A stretch of 63,170 nt of DNA, filler included, from Choristocarpus tenellus KU-1152 (GCA_964200185.2; 15 parts of 15 records of this genome joined end to end with filler, not necessarily neighbours in it), one strand, 5' to 3'; positions 1 through 13,318 are shown, counted from the first letter of the whole stretch. The notes: generated from the letters alone by a model not told the origin. Numbers and translations: made by a program.

Positions 1-415
1 CCCCCTCAGATACTTCGACCCTGGAGTATATTTGAAGTGTTCATGAAATACGTCGCAGCACTATGTGAAGTAATGTTGATGTATATAAAATTTGAAAAAA
101 GTTGAAAATTTCTTTTTCTATATTGAGCAGCATTGATGACACAACGATAACGGGGGAGACTTTATTATTTCTGTAGTTGGTAAAGAGTATGTGTTTGTGA
201 AAAATCCTTGAAATTATGCTCAAGTGTGGCACTCCATACCCTGTACCCATTGTGTCTTCAAGTGTGCATAAATGTAATCATATTGCTACATGAGTATGTT
301 TGTGCATTTAGGTACATGTTTGTGCATGTTTGTGCATGTATGTCCGAGTACCTTTCCTCATAACACATGCATTGTCTCTTGTACCCAAATATACCTTTTT
401 TTGGTCCCTGTCCAG

Positions 416-3106
416 GTCTCCATGCTTGAAGGCTCTCTTGAAGGCTCTCGTACACAGGAGGTCAAAGTCAACAATTTCGAATATTGCAGCAAACTCTCTA
501 ACCCTGTCTCGAACGCAGCTTCACAAATGACCACCATGGATCCTTCCCTTGAAGGAGACTCCTTGCTGGATGAACTGCTTGGATTGGACCTACGAGGCAC
601 TCCAAACTTAGGAGAAGAGGGTGGAAGAGACTTGTTGGAAACTATGGTCTTGGATGCAGGAGATGGAGGAAAGGTTGACGAGGGGGAGGGAGAAGAGCTG
701 GTAGAGCAGGGAAGGAAGGAACCATTTGATGGTCTAGAGCTGGGAAAATTGTGTACTCACCTGAATGATAGGAATCGGGCAGTCAAGAGATTATCTTACA
801 AATGTCAGGAGCTTTTCCTCAGGCTGTACTTCAAGGTGTGATATGGTGTTGAGAGGGGATGGGGAAAGGGGAGGCATATATTTGTGAACTCATACCTTGA
901 AATGAGTAGAAATAATTCATTTTTTCGTGGCTTGCTGTTGCATATAAAGCAAATTGGTCAAAGTAAGGTTAGGATGTTTTAGTTAACCTCTTCAACAAAA
1001 ATATTTGTTGAGTTACTGGTGAAATGAAGCAGTTTTTACGTTTTAAACATTTAGTAACTGTATTGGGGTTTTGGGGTATATATGTATATCACATTTTCAT
1101 CAACAGCAACTGTTTTGATGGCATTGAAGGTTTGTTAAAAAAAACTTGGATGCTTTTTGTCGTGGTTTATTTAAAAAAAAAAAACTTTATTGACCCCCAA
1201 GGTGGCTGATGATATGAGTCAATTTGAGTTGAATACCCACAAGGTAGAGCAATTATCGTTTGAGGTAGTAATATTGCTGTTCACACTTGGTTTGAGGGGG
1301 AAGTGGTGCTAGGAATATGTCATCATCCAATGTCCTGATTGTGTGTTCATGTATTGATTTGATTTGAATATATGAGTGTGACCTTCAAGCATCGTGAGAT
1401 GTATGAGTCAGGCTGGGCTTTTTGTGGGTCCTCCAATGTTGATTAATATAATAGGTCACCTTTATGGTACGCTACTTCTGCTAAGCATCAGTCCAAGAGT
1501 TCGAACAGTTTATGGAGCTGGTCAGAAAAGCACAAGGTGATATCACCTTTTTAATGTCTTGATATTTTGTGATGGTTATGAAACAACCATTATGAGATTA
1601 CCCTAGAATCTCAATTAAATCTGGTTGATCATTACAGGAACCGATCCTTGTAAAAGTGGATTTTAGATACACACACTAGTTGTACAGAATTGAATCGAAT
1701 TAAAGACTGTTTGAACTGGTGCTGAACAATATAGGAGGTAGATTTTTGGGTCGTTTAGACTACTGTCGTGGAGCTTGGCTGGGACATGGACTCAGGGTAT
1801 TTGCATTATCTAATATTCTAGGCATTGGTCTGAGCTTTGAAGTATATACTTGTGTTGGTACATATTTTTTATTGGTTGAATACTTCCAGGTATGATTCAT
1901 ACCAAGAATACTGAAGGGTTATCATGAGGAGATATATTTTTTTGTCTGAAAGGCAAATATATTCCACTGAGATTTGTAGTGGGCTGTGTGTAGGTGTTTA
2001 TACAGGGGTTCCATTTAGTGAAGAGAGTGACTTTGCTTTTGGCTTTGACATCCCCTATCCCATTAGGGTTAGGGTTAGGGTTAAATTAAGAATCTGGCCA
2101 GGGTGACATCACTCAATCCACCTTGGGTTCTACTTGATTTGATTTGTGGTGATGCGTATTTGAGTCTTTTTTCTTTTGCTCCCTATTTCCTCACCTCCTA
2201 CTTTGGTACAATTGAAAACACTTTTTGAGTCCATTTGTACCTTTCCTTTTCTTCTGTTTGCTGTTTATATACATTAATGCATGCAAAGGACCACATTGAG
2301 ATTGTTCCTGGAGTGGTGCTCAGACTTCGCTCAAATGGATTTATAGCATACGTTCCAGCCTTCGACACTCGGGGTCCTGTCTTCCTTGCCGATAAAGATG
2401 GCAATGTACAGGTAAGCAACTGAGGGATTCAGAGAGGAGGGCAAACAACCAGAGGCAGAAGGAAAATTGACTTTTGTGTAGTGGTAGAATCTGCAAGAAT
2501 ATTGGGAGTGAACCGTTGATGCTTTGGTGTGAAAGTTAGTTTGCAAACGTTCTCTTTCAACTAGCATATCGCCATCCAGAGTACTTAGAAAACTGAAAGA
2601 ACAAGCCCTAACCCTATAGCGCTAACCCTAACCCTATCCGTGACAGAAAACTTCCCAATATTCCACTGTAGTGTAGAAAGCTTTTGTTAATTGTATTTGG
2701 TTGACTGGAGTTGCTGTGTACAATATGGCTAATGGGAGCACATGTGATGAGGACATACATGGAACTTTTGATAGTAACAGGTAGGTATCTCCCATGCACT
2801 GTTTGGTGTCAATAAAACCATCGATGGATTTTCACTCTATGACAGCAGCTGAATTGGGGTAAATTTGGTGACGCCTGGCTGAGTACCTGCCCTGTCCCCT
2901 CATAGAAACCCATTTTTTCTTGTTCACCTCTTCAAACTCCCCCATCTGGCAGCAGTACTCTGCTATTTATGTATCCACATTGTGTCTACATTGCCATTGC
3001 CTCGCAGATTGATCCTGCCATGCTTGGCATAGAGAGCAATGCTGGCTTGCCTCCCACAAAGGGTTTTGCAGCACTACCAACATGCCGGTTGTTGCCAGGG
3101 GCAAGG
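416..3106 (+). CDS. DIS3/RRP44-family (RNB + S1) exoribonuclease, partial; exons 416-835, 2289-2411, 3008-3106
   Basis: Three phase-0 exons with AG/GT boundaries splice to ...LCTHLNDRNRAVKRLSYKCQELFLRLYFK|DHIEIVPGVVLRLRSNGFIAYVPAFDTRGPVFLADKDGNVQ|IDPAM..., matching the end of the RNB domain and the start of the S1 domain of DIS3/DIS3L. Confidence 0.85.
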
Positions 3107-3124
3107 GTATCTCACAGGGGGGGG

Positions 3125-3224
3125 NNNNNNNNNNNNNNNNNNNNNNNNNNNNNNNNNNNNNNNNNNNNTTAATTAATTAANNNNNNNNNNNNNNNNNNNN
3201 NNNNNNNNNNNNNNNNNNNNNNNN
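3125..3224. other. Artificial contig linker N44-TTAATTAATTAA-N44, first of 14 (others start at 6434, 9948, 13158, 18156, 22025, 25115, 29358, 35657, 41285, 45901, 50579, 55655, 60299)
   Basis: Identical 100-nt structure each time; palindromic core gives stops in all six frames. Confidence 0.98.
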
Positions 3225-4113
3225 CCAGACAGGACAGAGGCAGGAGGCAGGGGGGGCAGCGAGGGGGAGGGGCGAAGAGATCTAAAATGGAGCTATTTTG
3301 GGGGGGAGGAGACAGACAGACAGACAAAAAAATACGTAAAAAAGTTATCAATTTCTGCTGACCAAGAAATCAGGGTCCGGAGGCACGGTATGACCTCATG
3401 ATACGGTATGATACATACCACACTCACGGCACGAATATACCATAATTGTTTTTGTTTATTTTTCACTTAGTGATATAATATACCACACCGGTGACTAAAT
3501 TGCAACTCAAGATGTATGAACCAGGTGAGGTGAAACAGCAAGGGTCAAAGGTTTTCAAGGCATTTCCCAGAAACCAAGTAAAGTGTATGTATGCCAGGAG
3601 GAGAGAGCGGATTCGGCTCTCAAAGGAAACTCTGAGAAATCATGCCAAGGAGGATGATGATGATGACGATGATGATGATAATGATGATGATCATCATTCA
3701 TAAGACGTATCAACTGCAAGGAGGATGATCACGGCCCGGTTGTCTCGTAGCCGGCTACGTGGCACCAGCGTGCTACGGGTCGGATGAGATGCAAAAAAAA
3801 AGAGGAGACTATTATTTATTTATTTTTAGTAAGGCCTGAGTGGGTGCCCTTTCAGACCAAAACAGAAAAAAAATGAAACAACAGCAGTGTGTACTCTCTT
3901 AAAGGTTAGGGCACATCACCACCTTCCCCTGCTACACTACACTGCAACAACACGTGTGTGTGTGTACCTAGTACTACTGCAAGACGCCGGAAGCAAGCTC
4001 GGAACACTTTTTTTTTCTTAAGTGCAGGAAGGCGTTTGATCTCGATGAACACAACGTCCCACTAGGATTGAGTGAATTAGTAGTCTTGCTACCGCCGGAA
4101 GTGTTTACAGAAT

Positions 4114-6230
4114 TATAACACCTTGGAATTTGAAAAAATAAAAGTCTCTCAATCAAAATACGCAAGATGGGGATATGCATTATGCATATTGCTTTCTACT
4201 TCATTCTACACACACACACATTCAAAAGTTTTTACTTTTCATTCGCTATAAATATAAATAATTCTCAATCAATGCCACATAATACAATTATACTACACTG
4301 ACCATCCCACCCTCACGCCCCACCCCCCCCCAAAAAGAAAAAGAAAAAAAAAGACATTGGCACCAGATTTTAAAAAAATCGCCCAAACAAAACAACACAT
4401 CCACCTCGATAACACACACCCCAACAGCATAACATATCAACAACCCTGTGTATAACTCAACATCCACCTCTGATTCAAAATTCAAAATTCAAAAGCCACA
4501 GCAACACCACTCCTTCAACTTCCACCACCTCCTCCTGCCTTCCCCCCCCCCCCCTCGCAGTACTTGATTTGATTGTTATTCCAAATTTTATTACCTCCTC
4601 AAGAGGTGACGTCTCCACCTACATGCTAGGATTGAGGGACAACCATCCCTAGTATTGCTTTTCACTTCAAACAGGATTCCACAAAACCTCAGCAACAACT
4701 GCTCAAGGAAGGGGGGGGGAGGAAGGCTAGTTGCCTGGAAGGATCATACCTGACTGTTTTGCTGTCCAGGCTGCTGGTGCTCATTACAGATGATGTTACC
4801 GTTTGCCCACCACTTGCCCACGTCATCGATAATATTTTCCTGGCACAAGATGGAGAGTTCAGCAAGGCAAGACCAGAGGCAGGGGGAGTGTTTGCATCTT
4901 TTTGCAAAAAAATAAATAATTCAAAGTATACAGTATGAAGTATAAAGTATGCACTTCACAGTATAAAGTATACAGAATGAAGTAGAAAGTAGAAAGTATA
5001 CAGCACAAATTATAAAGTATACAGTCAAAAGCATACAGTACGGAAGTTTCAACTTGGAGATCGGTACAGGTACACATTATCCATTCTTGACCACAAGTGG
5101 GCCAATAAAATGTCAAGCTTGATTACACACCATTTTCATGGCCAAAAAAATGCAGGTAACCCCAACAAGGAGACTGTTGGAGTGTAGGGTGTGTCCAGTT
5201 CAAGGAAATCACTTTTTCCCCTAAGACTTAAATACATAATACATGGTACATAATACATGGTACATAATACATGGTACACGATGCACTATCCATTATCCAC
5301 GAACTAATGATATCAATTGAGAAAGGCAGTCGTCAACCCTATAACCCTTACAATCAGCAGAGTATCCCCCCCCTCTGGGATTGTTCGTCTCAAAGTGGTT
5401 GGTATTCAGTGGCAATAAATCACACAAATATATATATATATATGAATAATGGAAAAAATAAATAGATTAAATAAATAACAGTGCTAGTGCTTTTCGCATC
5501 TTGATATGGTACCACTTTCAGTCAAACCATCTAAGAGGTATATACCTTCTAAGAGAGGGGTCGATTTTGACTGTTTTTGACCGTTTTTTTTGTTTCAAGG
5601 CCTTTTTGAATATCCTTTTGTCATTTGCACCATTCCCATTCATGATATTCAGTTCAACTAACATCCTTTGGAGGGTGTGATTGTTGAAGGGGTTGGCTAT
5701 GAACAGATTGTTAGCAGAAAGTGGCTAAAAAGAACAAATGTATGTACCCCCCACAAGGCAGTCATAGGAGTCCTTAAAACCACATCCATAATTACAACTA
5801 TTCATAAGCTCAATTAATTATTTACTTTCTTTTTATTTATTGGACTATTCCCAGTTCAAAGTATCAAAGTATCAAATACATTTGTTGACTCTTAACTAAC
5901 GAAGAGAGTATCACAAATACACTCTTAATTCTCAACTAATGAACAAACAACTATCTTAGATACACGCACTTCTCAACACACAACTATCTTAGATACAAAA
6001 AACACTCACAGTACCTAAGGTAAGGTATCCATGTAAGTAAGTATTCAACGACTTAACTACTTAACTACTTACTGCTGATCAATCGACCTAGCACCTAAGT
6101 ATCTATCTATACACTACTTACCCACACTACCCACACTTCAAAGAAACTCAACACTCTCAGCTCTTTCTCACCTTCCTGTAGGTCTGCTCCTTCTTCCTGT
6201 AGTAATCCGGCAGGCTCTCCTCCTTCACAC
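4114..6230 (-). CDS. C-terminal exons of an unknown protein; exons ~6230-6172, 4839-4750, 4122-4114
   Basis: Phase-compatible splice GVKEESLPDYYRKKEQTYRK|ENIIDDVGKWWANGNIICNEHQQPGQQNSQ|VL*, with GTGAG/GTATGA donors and a pyrimidine-rich CAG acceptor. No family recognised. Confidence 0.5.
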
Positions 6231-6533
6231 CTAACCTGCATCCCCACGCCCATCAAAAGCAAGGCCACGTTTTCGGGGGGATGTCATTTATCCTACAAGT
6301 TCAAAAAAAAAAGTAGAAAAAAAAAAGTAGAAAAAAAAAGTTTTTATATAGTTTTATATTGGAGGGAAGGCGATGACACCGGTGCCAACACGGCTGGCTC
6401 CCCCTCGCCGCTACTGTCCACCAAACCAAACACNNNNNNNNNNNNNNNNNNNNNNNNNNNNNNNNNNNNNNNNNNNNTTAATTAATTAANNNNNNNNNNN
6501 NNNNNNNNNNNNNNNNNNNNNNNNNNNNNNNNN

Positions 6534-9500
6534 CGTGCGGAGGGGCGTTGGGGTCGATAGCAACGTTGGCGCCTATCCCGTTCCATGCGGTGATGTGCAT
6601 GTATTGCTTTACGCTAACCTTAACCCGCCCATCACCGCCTTTTTCAACGCGAAAAGCCCTGTAGCTCATGATGTTGGGAACATGGTTGATGCGACCGCGA
6701 AGGATTCCCTTGAAGTTGCCCTCGTTCCGTAGGGTCTTGCAGTAGACTGGAACCTCCGTGTAAGAGGCCTGCAGCTCTTCACCCAGCTGTGTTCTTGTGA
6801 AGATGTTCTTCCCTTTGATACCATGTGAGGACCTGAAGGTGAAATGCAAGCAAGTTAATTTTGAGGCGGGCGTGAAAGAAACGTGGGCGAGACGCACGTG
6901 CGCTTGCGAACTTTCAACCCCATAGAAGATGCAATGTTAGAAGAATAGGCGGCAATCCACGTGGGGAAGGAGAAAGGAATGGTTGGGTTTTCTCCAGGGG
7001 GGGTATGTGGTCGAATCGGTACTGCAGGCGGCGGAAGAAGGTGCAGGAGGTTTCTTGACGATGTGGATTTTTGTGGACAGATGATGCTAGGCATAGCTAC
7101 GGGGAGGATGAAGAGCTTAACCTAAAGCCATCATGGTCGTTTCCTCGCGAGAAGGATTAACGAAGACAGAGAGCCGTTGCCCTTGCGCTCTTGTCCGGTG
7201 TAGATGGGTATTGCTTTTTACATGCCAACATAGGATGTGTTGGATTTGGTGTAAAATAACATAGAAGTGGAGAAGCAACATATGCAGGCACATGCTCTGA
7301 TGCATGTGTATGAAAGTATAAATATATAAAAAGGGGTGATGCTTACATTTTTTTGTTTTGTTTCGAGGCTAGGTTACAATACAATTTTGCCAGCTGCTCT
7401 TCTCGTGCTATTTTGTTGTGGGAAAATCACAAGTCAATCAATCAATCGCAGTACATGGCCATAAACCTTCCAGAGAGGCAACAAGCGTGAACTGCAAGCC
7501 TCAAGGCAGTATCTGTCCATGTAAAAACGCCATGTGGCTATCGCATTCACGGTACGTGCCTAATTACCTGGAGAAGATCTGATCGATCTTGATGTGTGTG
7601 TGCCCCACCATCATAAAATGTATCTCGACCACACGAATGACACTCACTGCGACCAACAGCCCCGCATATCCGAGAAAGAAATTGTTCTTGTTCTCTGAGA
7701 CGCAGTTGTCGACCTGGGTAGTTTGTGGAGTGGGGAGCGAGGGAGGGATAGGTGTGAGGCCGATATGTCAGCCCGTTTCACCACGTTTCGTGGAGAAACA
7801 GGGCGTGTTTCCAGTAGTGCTAGAGTGCAAGCTCTACATCACCGCCATCATACATGCAAGTTGCAACCCATAAACTAACACTAACTACCACGCAGTTAGT
7901 TACTTGGTGGTCGCTATTCGGCGAGTAGATCGCAAGAAGGTTGTCTCAAGATGAAAATTTCTTACCTGCCAATGCGTGTGCTGGATGATGCAACCTCCCG
8001 CATGATCAAGGCTGTTGTGGTACTTTTCGATAAGCCTTGTGAGGGCAAGGTGGGTGGCTGTGCAGACAAGGTTACAACCTGCACGAACGATGATGTCTGT
8101 CGTTAGTAGGCGAATAGTACTCTGCTTACTTACGCATTGTTTACTTGGAGCTAAAAAGAGGGGTAATGCAATGTGTTTTTGCGATGTATAGCACATACAC
8201 CCGACTGGCTGGTATAGATAGATATCTGTCGGTTTCCCTCCTCCTTGATTAGCTCTTACGCGCCCCTTGCCCTTCCGAAGCTGAGGCGTACGAGGGCAGG
8301 GGAGCACAACGCATCATCAATTAATCAACTGTTCACCAGGCCTACGGTATCTGTAGTCAAATCATGCAATGGTGTACTCGTTCTCGGGTATCTAACCTGC
8401 GGCGGGTCCCCTCACCATGACAGTCAATCAAGTGGTGCGGGCGCAACCAGCATCTATTCAGTTGTGCGATTGTTGTGCCACAACCCAAAATACGTACCTC
8501 CTCCAGAGTGAAAGTATCTTAGAGGGTATGGGTCTTGCCCTGTTTGTCCGTTTGGGGCTTGGCTTCCCACGGGTTTTTAATTTCATTTTACCTACTCCGA
8601 AATGTTTCTGAGTAGGTAAAATGTGTACGTTATGAAAAGGTGTGTCCGGAATAAGGATATTGACACTTCCTAGCAAGCATGATAGCCAAAATTACAACAA
8701 AATCGCAACATTGGATTTTGGCCCCCAAATGGACGCGGATCTACCCTCCAAGATACTTTGGCTCCCAAGATTTTGAGGAGTGAAGAACACCTCCGCTAAC
8801 TGGCCTTCGACTTGTACGGCCATGATCTTCTGGCGCTCGGAGCAGCCCCTGATAACAAGGACATGAACCAAAGAAAGGTGTAAAGGAAGGTGTTACGGGG
8901 CGTCATCATCATGATGAACGGAATAGGTAGTGGAATTATGTGCGTCTGTTTTGGCGGTTATTTCTTGGGACTTTGCACTCACTCGTTGAATAAAATAGGG
9001 TGGTCAATTCTCTTCTGTGTGCGGCTGCAAGCTTGTTGACAAATGGACTATGCGTGCGTGTGGTTACCTGTCAACGCCGTGGGTAGGTGGGTAAAGTGCT
9101 GGGAGGGCGTGGGATGTCTGGTTCGCCGCGTCTACAGACATGAACACGAAGTCGAGAGGTTTACTGTCGGCTTTGGCCCGCATAACGCTGCTGGTGTTGT
9201 TGGCGATGACCAGCTGATCCGCTTGGATAATCTGGCGAACGGGAGAGAGCAACATCACGTCTCTAAATCAAATAAATCTGCTTAGAGGTGTAAAAAAATG
9301 GCCACTTGTTAATACGTACCAGGTACGTGACAAAAATCGAGTGTAGGTTACAATAAATGTTTATCTTTGCTCCTATTTTTACTGCTGCATTCAAGGCAAA
9401 GACAGTATTATTGGCACGGGAGCAAGTACGTACGTACGGGGCCGGAATACCGCAACATCATATGTCCCTCCCACAGCCCGTTGTAGATGACCATGAAACA

Positions 9501-9947
9501 GTTTATCACACAAGGTGTTTGGGCAACTAATAACAACAGTTTGGCGCTGAGTGAGGCTGCAGGCTGCTGCTGCTGCCATAAGCACCTGCATCGGAGTCTT
9601 CTTTCGGAAAATCCAACAGATGTGAACCCAATGGAGGGCAATGACGGCGACATGTTGCTACTGTATGATTATCGCAAAATTAACGCTGGACACCTACCGT
9701 TCGATGGTCTGACAGCTCCTTGTCGATGGACTCGAGGACAGTGGAGCCGTTCGTGGGTTTTACAACAGGCGCACCGTGCTGCTTCTCTTTTAACGTGACA
9801 CATATAAGGAAGGACTTGCTATCTGCCGCGAACTTCTTCACACAGGCTAAGCGCTTGCAGCAGTCACCCTGTTTGTTGACCGGGATGGGTTCGGCCCATT
9901 CTCGTCGAAGCTTGGCGCCGGTCGCTGAAGCGTCATTGGTAGAAACG
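6534..9947 (-). mobile_element. Intron-containing Sola-like (DUF7869-type) DDD transposase gene, disrupted by a MITE; exons ~9947-9700, ~9262-9068, 8848-8498 (MITE inside), 8078-7966, 7713-7568, 6832-6534
   Basis: Spliced product reads FMSVDAANQTSHALP...R|GCSERQKIMAVQVEG...PQNLGG|GCNLVCT...HWQ|VDNCVSENKNNFFLG...FMMVGHTHIKIDQIFS|RSSHGIK. The DN-x-x-ENKN and VGHTH-x-x-IDQ-x-FS motifs are typical of Sola-type transposases. Phases of the last five exons match. Confidence 0.85.
8506..8764 (+). mobile_element. MITE family B (~260 bp) inserted in a transposase exon
   Basis: Termini GAGTGAAAGTATCTTAGAGGGT / ACCCTCCAAGATACTTTGGCTC, flanked by a CCA duplication; several other copies in the window. Confidence 0.9.
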
Positions 9948-10047
9948 NNNNNNNNNNNNNNNNNNNNNNNNNNNNNNNNNNNNNNNNNNNNTTAATTAAT
10001 TAANNNNNNNNNNNNNNNNNNNNNNNNNNNNNNNNNNNNNNNNNNNN

Positions 10048-10248
10048 GCGATTTTGATGTAATTTTGGCTATCATGTTTGTTAGGAAATGTCAATATCCA
10101 CGTTTTGGACACACCTTTTCATAACGCATACATTTTACCTACTCCAACCTATTTTGGAGTAGGAAAATATCATTAAAAAAAACGTAGGAAGCCAAGCCCC
10201 AAATGGACAAAAAGGGCAAAACTCGTAACCTCTAATATACTTTCACTC
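10048..10248 (-). mobile_element. MITE family B, partial copy at contig start
   Basis: Reverse-complement match to 8506-8764, ending ...TACTTTCACTC. Confidence 0.85.
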
Positions 10249-10299
10249 AAACGTTGAAAGGGATTTTTTTTCCCTCCAGGTTTCCTCCTCCGCTGGATC

Positions 10300-12150
10300 C
10301 CCAACGCTGCCTACTGATATATTTGGACCTGGAAGTGACATTCATTTCGTTTCTGATACATTCATGATAGGATAAGGAGTGGCATTATATTTCCTTGTCC
10401 AATCGCCTAGTCTTCGCATTGAAGTGGTTATGCTTCATGCTAGGGGGGCATGTCACAGGCGACATGTCTTGATGGCAGTTTCATAAATACCGCTATGACC
10501 TTGAAGTCCTAGATTTGATATATTTGTACTTCTTGACTATATATTTGTTATTTAGTTATTATCATGCCCCCAGGTGGTACATCGTTGTCAGTTCCTTTTA
10601 TACGATGATATTGATACTTACAAAGGAAAACTCCAAGAGAGATATCCAACATAGTTGACGACTTATGCATCAGGAGTCCTGTACACATCAGCGCCATCTG
10701 TATGCTTTAGGACTGGACCTGAGTGAAAGTATCTTAGAGGGTACGAGTTTTCCCTGTTTGTCCATTTAGGGCTTGGCTTCCCACTGGTTTTTAATGACAT
10801 TTAAATTACTCCAAAATGTCTCGGAGTAGTTAAAATCTATACGTTATGAAAAGGTGTCTCCGGAACAAGGATATTGACACCTCCTAACAAACACGATAGT
10901 CAAAATTACATCAAAATTGCAACATTGGATTTTGGCCCTCAAATGGACGCGGCTCTACCCTCTAAGATACTTTGGCTCACCTCTTGTTACAGCACGGTCC
11001 AAAGCTTGCTTCCACAGGATGTATACCTCCGATCCAGAGGCCTATAGATGATGCTGATGCTCGTACAAGCCTCCCAGGATACTCCGACAGTGAAAGGTCC
11101 AACGAAGATGATGGATATCAGGTCAGCTCACTCTTATGGATCAATAAGCATGAATATGAGAATTAGTATCAGTAAGAGTGAGCCATGTGGAGGCTTCAGC
11201 CGTTTGGGGTCCTTATCATCATTTATCGTTTTGTTTTTATTTCAGTTTACAGATTTTGAAACACATCTAAGAACCGTTGCATGCAACTCTTACCAAATCA
11301 GAGACCCCCCTTTTGGGGTTCCCCACTGCTCGTGCTGGTTAAAGCGCAAGAAGAAATACTTGCGCTATTCACCTGTAAAACTCTATGCATCCCGTGGAGG
11401 CAAGCTATGGAGCGTGCTGTAACAGATGTTGTTGTGAGGGACACCCAGGAGAGAAGGAAGAGCATCTTTGTCACAGGTTTGTCTGAGCCACATACATGAA
11501 CGCTAAAATGAACAGAGCGCAGGCCTCACTCCCAAATTGGTCCTTCTGGTTGTGTTCATTTGAATAGAGATCCTGTAGGTCCCACCCCCAAAGATTTCCA
11601 TGTGTCGAAAGGTTCAACAAGAGGAAGTCCCTAGCCCAATGCGCCCACATATACCTTTAATGACACCCTCACGTTGTCCATTCGGAGTAGGAGGACAAGG
11701 ATTACAAATGACTTTTAGTCTGGACAATTGTATCCACTTCCTCACAGCTCGAGAGGAACCTCATCAAACTGGGAGCAATTGAGTGCAAAATGAGTCCCAA
11801 ACAGTGCCAGGCTGCAAACGAACATTTCCCACTAAGGGTTAATGAATGCAAACCAAGTCAAATATACCCAAGGAATACTCCCTTACCCTGTGAATAGCAC
11901 CGGGCACAAACAATGCGTACTATATCTACGTGATGCCTCCACGTATCATTTTTGTATTTGATACTCTCTGGAAATATAAAGAGATTGTACAGCTCACAGT
12001 TGTGTCATGTGGGGTGTGGCAACGACCAGACCTAGCAACGGAAAACGATTCGGGGGGGGGGAGGTGAGGGGGCACAGTAGCCACATGTATAAACGATCTC
12101 ACTCTCCTACCCTCAAAAGCAGAGACATACAAAAGGCTCCATTCCACTTC
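10300..12150 (+). pseudogene. Degenerate non-LTR retrotransposon (CRE/NeSL-like RT and zinc-knuckle) relic; boundaries approximate
   Basis: Broken motifs: QERYPT*LTTYASGVL (cf. QGDP..M..YA.G.L), LLQHGPKLA (cf. L...GP..G), SEPCGGF, PSRCPFG...SLDNCIH. Many stops. Confidence 0.4.
10721..10978 (+). mobile_element. MITE family B, full copy with 4-bp TSD ACCT
   Basis: acct|GAGTGAAAGTATCTTAGAGGGT...ACCCTCTAAGATACTTTGGCTC|acct. Confidence 0.92.
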
Positions 12151-13045
12151 ACGAGTAATAATCTACAGTATTTTCTTTCCCTTGTAATGGTGTTGTTATT
12201 TTTGGACAAAACAGGTCATTCCGTACCATAGTGTCAGGGTACGGCTGAGCTCACTCCCAAAAAAGAAGGGTGGTCACTGAGATTTTCTAACTAATTAAAC
12301 TCCTGGGCACTCAGGGGAAGCTGGTGAGAGGTTATGTTACCCTACCTCTGCTGCAAGGTGGAGGCCAGTTCGGATGCTGGCACTGCAACACATTTAGAAA
12401 GGAACTAATATTTGTATCGATTTGTAGGTACTAAACTGTTGGAACACTAGATAGTACCATTCAGACAACGAAACTCTCTCATTTAGCAAGATATTAGGTG
12501 AAGTGCTTGGGATAAGAGAAAAATGCAAGGTGACATACCCCGGCATTCCACCCTACCGACACTTGGATATGCCAGTTGGAGGGTAAGCAATGTCAATGTG
12601 ACAACCCTCTTCATGCTGCACGTCTGTCCAAAAAGGATGGGTATCTCGCAATCTTCAGGTGTACATAGAATATTAAGACTCTTCTTCGCTTTGCACTCCC
12701 TCTCTCAAGCACTACACACATAATGCACATCTGTACACCAGGCAAACAAAAATTCATTTAACCATATGGCAACCAACACGCATAGAGACACACTATTCAT
12801 ATACAATTACAAAAAATAAAAAGAATTTCAGCCTCGCAGAGAAAGTAGTACAACTACGAACTACGAACCCAATACGAGCCAGCACCATGCTAGGTCATTG
12901 AGTTTTGGAGGGAGGATCGTATGTCTCATCATAGTCAACAGAGTGTGTAGAGACGGATGCTGTTGTTGTTTGGTTGGCAGCGGGTTTTCCAAAAGATTGT
13001 GTAATGTGGAGGTGGGGAGAAGTGGATTTGACACATGACCACAAT

Positions 13046-13157
13046 GAGTGAAAGTATCTTAGAGGGTACGAGTTTTGCCCTGTTTGTCCATTTGGGGCTT
13101 GGCGTCCCTTAGGGTTTTTATGACATTTTCGTAGTCCAAAATATTTCGGAGTAGGTA
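13046..13157 (+). mobile_element. MITE family B, partial copy at contig end
   Basis: Starts GAGTGAAAGTATCTTAGAGGGTACG and runs into the linker. Confidence 0.85.
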
Positions 13158-13257
13158 NNNNNNNNNNNNNNNNNNNNNNNNNNNNNNNNNNNNNNNNNNN
13201 NTTAATTAATTAANNNNNNNNNNNNNNNNNNNNNNNNNNNNNNNNNNNNNNNNNNNN

Positions 13258-13310
13258 CTCATCCTCAATGAAAAGCTCCATCCTCAATTTTTGAAATCGG
13301 CTGTTATCCG
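13258..13310 (-). repeat. Repeat family D end (…AACAG..GAT..CAAAATTGAGGATGGAGC); other copies near 24998, 41079, 45860, 50766
   Basis: Five copies share AAAATTGAGGATGGAGC, all near contig ends and reading into the gap. Confidence 0.75.
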
Positions 13311-13318
13311 CTGTTAAG

